Positions 52,901-64,000 of a DNA stretch of 64,000 nt are shown piece after piece. A program made the translations under genes and the position numbers. Location of the stretch: assembly GCF_009914755.1 (NCBI RefSeq), contig NC_060930.1. One strand, given 5' to 3'. The notes beneath the pieces were generated by a model. The model made no database searches, had not been told where the DNA came from, and worked only from the letters and a program-made list of their open reading frames with translations. The DNA comes from the human T2T-CHM13v2.0 reference genome, Homo sapiens. Each line of letters starts with the position of its first letter. The stretch's first letter is position 1.

Positions 52901-55900
52901 ATTTGCACCACTTCTTTATATAACTTACTTGTGCCCTCAGGACCTACTGGTGCCCGATCCCATGCACGCCCCCTTCCATTTGAGGATGGAGTGTCACTGT
53001 GCATGCTCAACTTTACGGCTTGGCGGGTCAGATACTCTAGATATGAATTTTCTGTCCCCGAATGCAATGTTTCTGCCAAAACTATCACCCATGTCTTTAC
53101 AGAATGCCTTATCTGCCATCATGGTATTCATGCAGCATTGCTTCTTATCAAGGGACTCACTTCACAACAAAAGGTATCATAAGCTTATAATAATCCACTG
53201 TCATTTTCCAAGAGCCTGTCTTCTGCACAAGCCAAACAGAAGAGTTGAATGGAGATGTGGTGGGAATTGCTACCCTTGCCTCCAAGCCTTCGATGGTGGC
53301 ACTAATCTCTGCAATCCCTCCAGTTCATGAAGGGCAGCTCAGATCACATAGCAACATGGTGGGTCAACAGCTTAGCATTCAGGCCGGGGGCAGTGGCTCA
53401 TGCCTGTAATCCCAGCACTTTGGGAGGCCAAGGCACATGAATCACTTGAGGTCAGGAGTTCGAGACCAGCCTGGTCAACATGGCAAAACCCCATCTCTAC
53501 TAGAAATACAAAAATTAGCCAGATGTGGTGGCACGCACCTGTAATCCCAGTTACTCAAAAGGCTGAGGCAGGAGACTTGTTTGAACCCGGGAGGCGGAGG
53601 TTCCAGTGAGCTGAGATCGTGTCACTGCATTCCAGCCTGGGCAACAAAGTAAGACTTCATCTCAAAAAAGAAAAATAATAGCTTAGCATTCAGTCTGCTA
53701 GGGCCAACTAGCAGGCCAAGAGCTGGTACTCCAAAGGGGAATAATTATTCACAGAGGATGACAAGTCTTTGCTCTAAAATCCTAAGGCCCTGCACTAAGA
53801 TTCACCTATAGGGCCCTGTCCAAGGCTCCTCAGGGCATCCCTGTCTGCCACTGACACCTCAAGCACTGCTGGCTCTGCTCCAGCAAGTGGCCCAAGTGGC
53901 AGAGCAGCGGACACAGCAGGCTGCACCTGTTGCAGTGCCTTCTCCTGCTCTGGGCTCCACTCAAAACCAGCAGTTTTCTAGGTCACTCAGTAAATGGGCT
54001 GGAACAGCACACTCAAGGAAGGAATGTGTTGCCTTCAAAATCCAAGTAGGCCTGCTAAGCATGGTGCCTCTTTCTTGGATGTAAGAGGGGCCAGATGCAA
54101 CAAGCCTTTCTCCACCTTACAAGGGCTCTCTTGACAGGCCCCACACCACTGGACCCCTAGAAATCTCACTGACTTAGAGGGCCCCTGAATTTTTGTCAGA
54201 TTTATTTTCCACCATTGAAACATAAATGTCTCACCAATAACTGTAAGGCGGTTGCTACTTCTGGCTCACTAGGTACCACCAGCACAATGTCAATGTAATG
54301 GGCCAGTGTAACATGTGGAAGAAAAAGACGACCAAGATCCCTGGAAACAAACCATGACACAGGGCAGGAGAGGGGACAGACCCCTTCAGTGGGACAGTGA
54401 AGGTCACTGCTGGTCTTACCAGCCAAAAGCAGACTGCCTATGAACAGAGGTGGAGAAAGAGGCTCTTGGTAGATCAGTAGCTGCATGCCAGCTACCAGGG
54501 AATGTGTTAGTTTGCTTAAACAGAGAAATCATATCTGGTATAGCAGATGCAACTGTAGCCACTACCTGGTTAAGTTTATAAGAATCCACCATCATTTTCC
54601 AAGAGTCTGTCTCTGCACAAGCCAAACAGAAGAGTTGAATGGAGGTGCGGTGGGAATCACCATGCCTGCATGCTTCAGGCCTTTGATGGTGGCACTAATC
54701 TCTGCAATCCCTTCAGGGATGTGGTGTTGCTTCTGACTTGCTTTTTTCCTTTCACCAATACTTTGAGAAATAAGTTAGTGAGGGGAATTTTTGAAGGACG
54801 ATCCCTTCTGATGATCACTTCTGTGATCTCTTCTCTACACACCAGACCTCACAGTGGAAACTGCAGCCACTCCACTAGAAAACCTGAATGCAATAGGAGT
54901 AATTGGATCCCAGGGTGGCAGGAGACAAGGGGAGGACCCTACTGCTAGAGGCATGGTGGGCAGAGTTGGTGTGATGAATAGCAGAGTCAAACGAGCAACC
55001 AGAACTGTCTGACTGAAGCAGACCTATGGCATTGTTGAGTTAATTATGGCATTTCTGGAAATGAAACAGGAAACCTACTGAATTCTTACTTGATCTGTAT
55101 ATAAGCAGAAAAGCTTTAGGTCAAATGAACAAAGGTCTAACTTGAATCAAAAATGGAGAATCATGGCTCCTCAATTAACTCTCAGACTTGAGCCAATTTA
55201 CAGACCTAGAACCCCCGGATGAAGACGAAGGCACATCCCCTTAAAGAAGTAACCTAGTAACATGCCGAAAATTTATACTGCTGATCTTTCTCCCAGTCGT
55301 CCCCCAAAGAGACCTATGGTTTTCTTCCAAGGTAACTGTGCATTGGTGAAAAGGAAATAATTAAACCTTTCAGGGACTACTAGACATGGCTCTGAACAGA
55401 CACTAATTCCAGGAGAAATTAGATGTCACTGTGGTCACTGATACTTTGAGAAATAAATTTGTGAGGAATGTTTTCTGAACCCTCCATGTGTGGGTGAGTA
55501 GATCTTAAATGACAAATCCACTCTAATATACCAATGTCTCTAATCTTTTGGATCTCTTCCTCTATGTTAGACCAAGGCAGGCCTGAGATATTCACTTCAC
55601 TCACTGACAACTAACCCCACATACTGCGAGAGCCCTTTGTCACTTCCCAAACTCCAGCATTAAATGCAGAACCTCTGCTTACTGAGCCCATATCAATAAA
55701 TTGTGGCGGGTCCAACTTTACGTTCCTCCACAATTATCCCACACCCTTAATATCCATTTTCACAGTGCTCCCTGGATTTCAGTCTGTGCAAATTAGAAAA
55801 CCTATGTAGTTCTCTTGGAGAGTAATGCACTCTTTCACGGGGCATGCTTTGAATCTCACCTTTGGGGGTCTGCTGGGACTTGAGTCTGGTGATTGCTCCA

Positions 55901-56830
55901 GAAGTGAAACAAAGACGGGTGGTGATGGTGGTGGCCCCTGAGGAGTCAGTATTGTCTTGCATGGCAACTGCCTCAGGAAAAGCCATCACCACGTCCTTGG
56001 GCAAAGAAAGGTTAAGCCCCTCAGACAGAGGTAGAATGGCTGATGCCACTGAGGGTGGAGAGGCCATTTCTACTGGGGGTGGGAAGGCCATGTTTGTTGG
56101 CAAAAAGACTCATCAGAATTTAGGAGATCAATGTCCCCAACTTTACCAGGGTCTTCCCACATATCCTCGTCCTAGCTTACAGGATTCCATTCTTTCCCAT
56201 TCAATGACTTCATTTTAACAGTAGACATCCTAAGAGGCTGAGAGTTCAACTTGGGCTATAATTCATCCAGTTATAGGATGAAATTCTAGGTTTGATTTTC
56301 AGTGATCTGAACCCTGTAGCTACAGGAGATGAAGGTCTCCTTTCGGGTGCATATAGAAGCTTCAGATTATTTATCTGGGGCTTGAGTTGGGAGTTTGAAT
56401 CCTTGAGCTTATTCTTATCTTTCCCCATTTTGTCCAGTGACATTAGAAGCAACCAGCCAATCTCACTCTATTTGTTCATTTTCCAAACATGTTTGAAAGT
56501 ATCATATTCACTGTTACCCAGATCCTTGCTTCTTATCAGTGCTTCACTAGGAGGATCCGGTGGAGACATTTTGCATGTCTTTATTTCCAAACCATGCCAT
56601 GGACTGCCAGTGCTTCTTTACCACTGGAAAACAGAATAGAATCACTAGAATCTCTAACTCTAATAAGATTAGAGAGCCAATTCTAGAAATACCAGAACCA
56701 GAACCAATTCAGAAAACTCAGTCTTAAAATTCTCTTTCATATATATATGGAATTGGCTCATAAAATTCTGAAGGTTGAGAAGTTCCAAACCTGCAGTGGG
56801 CAAGCTGGAGGACCTGGAGAACTGAACCCA
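49967..56830 (-). mobile_element. Degenerate ERVL (MLT2-LTR) provirus: 3' LTR 49967-50477, dUTPase/integrase/RT/gag relics, partial 5' LTR ~56735-56830
   Basis: Reversed MLT2 LTR; minus-strand peptides SIASDQGTHFTTKEV (integrase), HYIDIVLV and KIQGPSKSVRFLGVQW (RT), EEEIQKIRDIGILEWICH (gag), LIPLDWKLR (dUTPase). Confidence 0.9.
53382..53680 (+). mobile_element. Alu (AluS) nested in ERVL pol
   Basis: Full Alu; TSD agcttagcattca on both sides. Confidence 0.96.
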
Positions 56831-56834
56831 GATC

Positions 56835-57482
56835 TTCCACCACTGCTGCCACATACTGGCCCAGGCCTTCATCACTTCTTGTCTGGAATGCTCTACCATC
56901 CTCCTTCCACCATTGCTCATGTTCCACATCCCCCTTCCAATTTATTATCTTCATAGCAGAGGGAGTTCTGACTTAAAAACACAAGTCAGACAATAACACT
57001 GCCTTGTTAAACAGTTCAGTGATTTCCAGTAATATTCGACTGAAATCCAAATTTCTCAGCACGGCCTTCGAGGCCCTGCACGCCCTGCACCCTGGTCACT
57101 TGACCTCACTCCTCCTATCACGACCCCCTTGGGGCCCATTCCAGCGTCAGGAGTCACCTGACCACCCTGTCCACACAGCAGGCAGCCTCAGAGCTGTTAC
57201 CCACGCTGCCCCTGAGCCTGAAGGCACTTTCCCCGATATCCAAATGGCTTGTTCCTTCTCTGTCTTCCTGAAGTCTCCACATAGCTGTCAACTTCCAAGT
57301 GAAGGCTTCTCCTCTTCCTTGTTTGGGTGACAATGGCCTTGCCTCCTGCTTCCCCTGCCACCCAATGGTTCCACATGTTCTGTGTCCCTAGAACGTAAGC
57401 TCCAGGGAGCGGGTGTTCTGTTGCTTGTTGACCATGACACAGCCAGTCCTGACTCAATTAATACTTGTTGAGTGAATAAAAC
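56835..57482 (+). mobile_element. L2 3' part right of the ERVL insertion
   Basis: aaaacacaagtcaga...aaatccaaatttctcagcacggcc...aagctccagggag...ctcaattaatacttgttgagtgaataaa (typical L2 end). Confidence 0.75.
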
Positions 57483-58382
57483 AGCACATAAAGCAAAGTA
57501 AAATTCGCCATGGTTTTGAGCAGTAGAAAAAGTATGAAGAAAGAATATCCACTTAACCAGCAGAAATGCTGTCCTTTAAGCAGTCTAGTTTGAACAGTCT
57601 CAAGCTACGTAATTATGCAGGGAAATAATTTTATAAAAGGATAAAATATAAATGACATTTTTAGGGTTTAAAATCAGCGTAAGGAACATTTTAGAGTCAT
57701 TGCACAGGAAGGAAAGTGACAGCTACATGGTGACAGCGACATGCTTTAGTAATCTAGAAGGCAGGCTCTGACAGAGCTGTGAGGTGGGAAGAAAGGGAGG
57801 AGAGTGGGGAGTGCAGGTTGGCTCATTTCCTTTTGTTATAATGCGGGGAAGCAATAGGCATAGTCTACAGGTGAGGCCTCGAACAAAGCCATGATCAGAT
57901 TTGAGAAGTGCTAAGAAGGCAGCGGTGACACGCAATGTAAATGTTAAACTCCTGAACTTTCACATGTCAGTGGATTACTGCATAAAGTTGACACATCCAA
58001 AGGCAGAAGGATTCATCCCCTGTAGAGGGCAATTTAGCACTGTGTGTCGAAGGAACAGGTGCACAGGTGCACAGATACACCCTTCGCCTGTGAACCCCTG
58101 CCCTGAAATGCCCTTGCCCTATCCTATGTCCTCGCAAACACATGCAATGATGTGCAAACAGCACCTGGAGCAGCTCAGATTCCAACAACGAGGGGCTGGT
58201 GGGAAAATCTGTAGCCCACAGGGCCACGGAATGCTACGGAGTTTACAAAAGGAGCAGCGTCTCCAGGTGCCCAGATGGAAAGTTTTCTAAAATCAGCTGC
58301 TAAGTGAAAAAGCAAGGTCCTAAACAGTGTCTACATTGTGCTATCTTTAGTGTCAAAAAAAAAAAAAAAAAAAAGGCTGAAA

Positions 58383-58685
<303 letters not shown>

Positions 58686-60398
58686 AAGCTGAAAATAGGA
58701 AGGTCTATCTTTATTTTCTTTTGTGTGTGTAAACTCCCAAAGGACACATGTAGGACCGTGAGACGGGACTGCCTCTGGGAGTGGGAAAGGGGCAGACAGG
58801 TACACAGGGGAAGGAGTCACTGGATAGCTTTGAATAATCTTTGGTTTTTAAACTGTGTTGATGTATTATCTATGAAAACAATTAGAAATCAGTGGGCCTG
58901 CATATTAGTGGCATCTATGCATTATTCTGAATTATGGAAGTGGTCAGAAGAAGAGCTGAAAGCCAGAAACAAAAGGCGTTAGAACCAGGCAGTGGAGCAG
59001 TGGGAGGGACTCAAAAGATGGAAAACCTTTGCTTTCTGTTGCATGACCCTTTGCACTGGCTGAGATTTTTCTGCACCCGTGTTCGTGATTATTTTAATAA
59101 GTTTAAAACATTAGAGTTGCTAAAAAACGGGGGTATCCGATACGTGATGTTTTCTGTGATGTATAACCTATTCCTTGTGACTCACAAAACTTCCCTGAAG
59201 GATCTGCTGTACCCTAAAGCCTCACATCTGTGGCTGTCAGAGAGACATCAAGAAGGTACCAGCACAGCTACAGGACGAGGGATGGCCAATGAGAGCTGCG
59301 CAGAGCTGGTGTCAGGCTCAGAGCGGAAGCTGGGGGGCTCCCAGCAGGATGCAGAGAGTATCGGGGCACCCCGGATTCCCCAGGGCTCAGGTGGGGGATC
59401 AGTGATGGGAACCTAGGCCTCCAGGGGCGAATGGCCCAGGAGTGGCGGGAAGGTCCACAGCTTCTCTGAGATTCTTCAGGAGGTGGAGGGAGTCCTCACT
59501 TCACTCCCTGAGACCGAGGTCAGTGTGGGAACTAAGTTTGCTCACAGAGTGAATCAGACTGGAATTAAGTGCTACATTTTTGGTTTTATACAATAGAAAA
59601 ATTGTTCTTTATTTCCTTCAAAGAAAACAAATTTGTGGCTGACTACTTAGCAGAGCTTGTCCCGTCGCCGTCCCGAGGCTGTTTGCCCTTGGGAAGGAGG
59701 GGCGGCCCGTCCCTGGCCCTGCAGGCGTCCGCGCAGCCAGATGGTCACCCACACGTTTCCTCAGGCGTGGAATCCAAACACCAGACGTGCACGGAGCCTG
59801 GTGAAAGGAAGGCTGTTCTCAGGCCCGCGGTGCACAGCCTGCCAGGGCGGGGGCAGTGGGGAGCTCTTGGCCGCTGGCCCTTCATGGCTGGGTCTCTCTC
59901 TAGGCGTTCCTTCATGGGCCCCTCACCACCATTCCCTGCATACCCGGCCCAGCAGCTCTGCACCGTGGGCAGGAGGGGACCTGGTTCTAGAAGACCTTCC
60001 ATCGTGCTGAACCCAAGGCCCTGGGCGAGCTCCCCACCTCCCGGCCCCCCACCTCCTTTCCTGGAGTGGCCTGAGCCAGTAAGTTCCACCAGTAGGTCCC
60101 CTGCCCACTGCTGGGAGGCAGCTAGGCCTGTGGCTGCTGGAGTCAGAGGGCTGAGTCTGGCCTCTCCACGTGAGCTGGGCATGCATTTTCTCATCCCCAA
60201 AGCGGTAACGATGTTATCGACCTCACAGTCATTATTTTATTTTATTTTTTGATGAAGTAAGTTTCGATGTAAGGAAAATGCTCAAAGCAGTTGCTGGGAC
60301 ACACACAGCGAGCTGCCGGAAACAGCCACGGCAACGGATCCACTCATGATGGGTCTGAGGATGTGGCCCTGCCTCGGGGCTGGACGAGTGTGATTCAC

Positions 60399-60520
60399 CC
60401 GCTTCCGCCGGCCTGCAACAGGTCTCCTTTCACAGAAGAGGGGGTCAAGACGGGCAGGAAGTTGACGTCCTCCTCACAGAACACGCCCATCACAAAGCCA
60501 CGGGTGGCCAAGGCAGTCGG
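60399..60520 (-). pseudogene. Putative exon (PTALATRGFVMGVFCEEDVNFLPVLTPSSVKGDLLQAGGS)
   Basis: Weak acceptor ctttccctggag|, donor GCGG|gtgaat; open and in phase with 61750-61880. Confidence 0.45.
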
Positions 60521-60976
60521 CTCCAGGGAAAGGCAGGCAACATGACTGTGGACAGAGGACAAGGTCTGAGGTGGGGAGCAGCGGCCGGTCTTGGGTCGAA
60601 GTGTGGACAAGGAGCACCTCTGCGTCGCTCCAGGTCACTGGGCAGCAGCCCGCTTCAGGGTGGAGAACTCATGCCTGCCTGTGGAAAGTGACTGTGGCCC
60701 CAGACAGCTCAGGGCTGTAAGCGGGGCCTGGCTTGCTCCCACAAAATGCCATCTCTGTAGATCAAACCTCGAAGCTGGTGTAAAACACGTTATCCACCAG
60801 ACCGTCCTTCCCAGTTATTGTTGTAAAATATAATTACTGTTTTCCCCAATTTCTGCAGAAAACTGCATTGGTCTATTCTCACATGGGAAAGGTGCCATCA
60901 TAATCTCTGTGTAGAGAAGAAACTGGAGAAGCTGTAGTGGAGGGACATTCTTGGCACCCAGCTGAAGACCGCGGTA

Positions 60977-61192
60977 CCGTGCAGGTGGATTAGGACAGCG
61001 AGGGGCACTGTGGCGTCGTGCAGGTGACCCAGGACAGCGAGGGGCACCGTGGCGTCGTGCAGGTGACTCGGGACAGCGAGGGGCACCGTGGCGTCCGTGC
61101 AGGTGACTCGGGACAGCGAGGGGCACCGTGGCGTCCGTGCAGGTGACTCGGGACAGCGAGGGGCACCGTGGCGTCCGTGCACGTGACCTGGG
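60977..61192. repeat. 40/41-bp CpG-rich minisatellite, ~5 units
   Basis: GTGCAGGTGACTCGGGACAGCGAGGGGCACCGTGGCGTC(C) repeated. Confidence 0.95.
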
Positions 61193-61749
61193 ACACATGC
61201 TCACAGGAAAAGGGTTTGTTCTGGGCATGCCTACAGGGCAGGCCAGGGGACCTGGCTGTCCTCCCTGCGAGGAGGGTCTTGATTTCCTAGCGTTTTCTGG
61301 GTCTCTATTTTGGGTAGCTCTCCTGATTGTACCTGAAAGTTTTCTTTTAAATCCAGAAACTATTAATCACTGAATGATTCACTGAGAACTACTGAACCAT
61401 AATTATGGAATGAATCATATGCAATTTAATAACGATTTAACTCAAATATTTATAAAAATGTGCTCATAGCGACAGTGTGGTTCTGATATTTAGCCAGGCG
61501 GGTGAAGAGAAATGTCCCTGCTTTGACCTCGGCTGGGTCGTCCGTCCTGCCTGGCTCCAAGCTCTGTGCCGGGGAAGAGCTCCGAATCCTCTGCCTGGAA
61601 AGGGAATAATTCACCGCCAGGCTCTGGAAGCCGAGCTGAGGAAGAGGTCGGGCTTTGGCTCCCATCCCTCCTGGTCTCACACGACCTCTCTGCCCCGTGG
61701 CGGCTGGCGTCCCTGTCCACCCTCGCTCTGACCATTCCCATCGACTCAC

Positions 61750-61880
61750 CTCCAGATGCCGCTGAGGCCTAGGTGTGGCGCGAGGGGGGCATCCAGGCAG
61801 AGCCTCACCAGCACTCCCGGGCTTAGCTGGCCCTTCGCACCTGCCGGAGGTGGCTGTGTCTCCAGGTCTTGAGCTTGAGC
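61750..61880 (-). pseudogene. Putative exon, 131 nt
   Basis: attcttccag| acceptor, GGAG|gtgagt consensus donor. Confidence 0.6.
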
Positions 61881-62164
61881 CTGGAAGAATTTTCTACTGC
61901 AAGTCAGATGGGGGCTCAGCTTCCCCCGCCGCAGGCTCAGAACCCCCTCTGCTTTCCAAAAAGTTTGTGGGTGTCATTTTCTCTTCTCTCACCCACATCC
62001 TGGTAGGCACGTACCTTAAAAAGTTCCCTTGACTTGAATAGGCCTTTTTTAGAGAGGAAATGTAGACTTTGGTTTAATCCACAATCTTGGCCCTCCATTT
62101 TTTAGGGTTTAGGTGAGTGTGGCGGGCTCTGCCGGAGCGTGTACACCAATGTGATGGATTCCAC

Positions 62165-62495
62165 AGGAGTGTGTACGCGGGCGTGGCGGGCTCTGGGGGA
62201 ACGTGTACGCAGGCGTGGGGGCTAATGTCTATAAGGGCGCGGTGGAGGGGGGGCCCTGCGGGAGCGTGTACGTGAGCGCGGCGGGAGCGTGTACGTGAGC
62301 GCGGCGGGCCCTGCGGGAGCGTGTACGTGAGCGTGGCGGGCCCTGCGGGAGCGTGTACGCGGGGGTGGTGGGCCCTGCGGGAGCGTGTACGCAGGGGTGG
62401 CGGGCCCTGCGGGAGCGTGTACGTGAGCGCGGCGGGCCCTGCGGGAGCGTGTACGTGAGCGGGGCGGGCCCTGCGGGAGCAAGTACGCAGGTGTG
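62165..62495. repeat. 32-bp CpG-rich minisatellite GCGGGAGCGTGTACGTGAGCGCGGCGGGCCCT, ~8 units plus degenerate flank
   Basis: Directly visible. Confidence 0.95.
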
Positions 62496-62834
62496 GGGTT
62501 TGGGGGACTTTGCGGGAGAGGCTCCAGAGGAGACACTGCCAGGTCTCTGCTGGAGGGAGATGACCACTTTAGCCCGGAAAATAGACTGGACATGCAAGAA
62601 ACAACACGAAAAACATGGCGTACCAGCTCGGCCATGAGCGCCGGTGGGTGCAGTGGGGAGAGGAACTGCTTGAGGTGGACCCGCTCTCCAGGGAGTCCTC
62701 CTTCCGGCTGCGGAGGCCTGAGCCGGGTGTGGAGAATTGCGCTCTGCTTGTCCAGCAGGAGGGAGGCCGTTCTCCTCAGGCAGATAAAGAGAGGTAAGCT
62801 GCCAGGTTTTCAGCCTGGGAATTTTCCTTTTTAA

Positions 62835-62950
62835 CATTTTTAATTGTGGTAAAAATCACAGCGTATAAAATAATAGGAAATTTCCCACCTTAACCATTTT
62901 TAAGTGTCCCGGTCAGTAGTGTTAAGTCCATTTACATCATTGTGAATATT
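62835..62950 (-). mobile_element. L1MB-like 3' end fragment
   Basis: tttttaattgtggtaaaa...ttaaccatttttaagtgt...agtgttaagt...acatcattgtg. Confidence 0.7.
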
Positions 62951-63550
62951 TTGCTTTTCCTAACACAAGAGGTTTGTAGAGAGGAGCTGCTACGGCAGCT
63001 TTTTCTTCCTTTTTTTAAAAAAACTTTGCTAACAGTGGACCTAGACCGAGAAACCCTAGGCCTGGGTAGTGGCCCCGGTCTGGCAGGGATCGGCTGTGCA
63101 GGGCGAGTGAAACCGTGCTCCCGTCTCTGTGCGCTCCCGTCCACGGGGTTCCACACACCCCTCCTCTTTCAGAAACACCGCGGGGTCTGTCCGACAGACG
63201 TCAGGGAGCCCAGGGTATAAAACTCCTTCCCTTCTTCGGGTGGCCTCTTCCTCCCTGATCTACAGCGGGCTCCTTCCAGGCGTCTTTATGTGCAGGTTGG
63301 GAGAAGGAAAGAGATGGATGAATTCTTGACCACCCTGCAGAAGTTTTCTGAGAACTGACTTCTTGGGGTCAGAAATGCCCAAGCTCCGGTCTGTGTGCCT
63401 CAACGGCCACCGAAGCTGCTTCTGGGGAAAGTCTGCCTTACTTGACTCTGTAAACCAGGTCCTTTAAAATATCCCGCGCTCGTTTTTACCAGCGCTGAAT
63501 AAGACCTGTGAGGCCTTTCCACCCTTGTAAAATCAACTGGACTTACTTAC

Positions 63551-63602
63551 GGTCCTGAAGATGCATCATCAGTGTTTGGGGGAAAACGATGAATCTGTAG
63601 CC
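63551..63602 (-). pseudogene. Putative exon, 52 nt
   Basis: ctttttctataaccaccaaag| acceptor, GACC|gtaagt donor; phase 0 read GYRFIVFPQTLMMHLQD joins 61750-61880 in an open frame. Confidence 0.5.
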
Positions 63603-64000
63603 CTTTGGTGGTTATAGAAAAAGATCATGTCCACAAATAAACCAGGCCAGTCTTAGGAATAACCCAGACATTCTTCAGAAGCATATGCAATCTAAATAAT
63701 TTGGCCGTACCACTTAAAACTTATGTTGTAGAGCAGAGACTGTTTTTTAAATACCCTCTCCCATGACTCAAAAATAAAACACAATTTTGTTCAGTCTTAA
63801 ACAGTCACACAAAATCACCTTTCTGGGACAAAAAACCACCAAAACAAAACACAAGACTAAATAGTTTCAGCCAAAAAGTTTTCAGAAAGTTATGAGTCAC
63901 TGAATATAGGATTATAATGAGCGTCTGTGAGTAAACTTAACTAAAGCACAGATTCTATTTTGTATGTGGGAAGTCACACACACAAAGAGAGACTAGAGAT

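Noticed and set aside
49967-56830. Functional retroviral genes
   Set aside because: All gag/pol frames are fragmented by stops, inversions and an Alu.

Overview
Primate (Alu-containing, probably human or great ape) genomic DNA with the GC-rich, minisatellite-dense character of a distal chromosome band. I find no intact protein-coding gene, RNA gene or CRISPR array; the long ORFs in the track are products of tandem repeats. The window holds ordinary interspersed repeats (7 Alus, old L1s, L2, MIR, MaLR/ERV1 solo LTRs, a ~6.9 kb internally scrambled ERVL/MLT2 provirus) and at least eight tandem-repeat arrays, two with higher-order structure. The main non-repeat signal is a chain of ~18 exon-like segments on the minus strand from ~63.6 kb (probably continuing beyond the window) to poly(A) signals at ~19.3 kb. 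Most have good splice sites and phase-compatible junctions, but there are in-frame stops and two apparently mutated splice dinucleotides. I read this as a decayed multi-exon gene (candidate unitary pseudogene or lncRNA) whose protein I cannot identify. Repeat family names come from recalled consensus sequences, not a database search.
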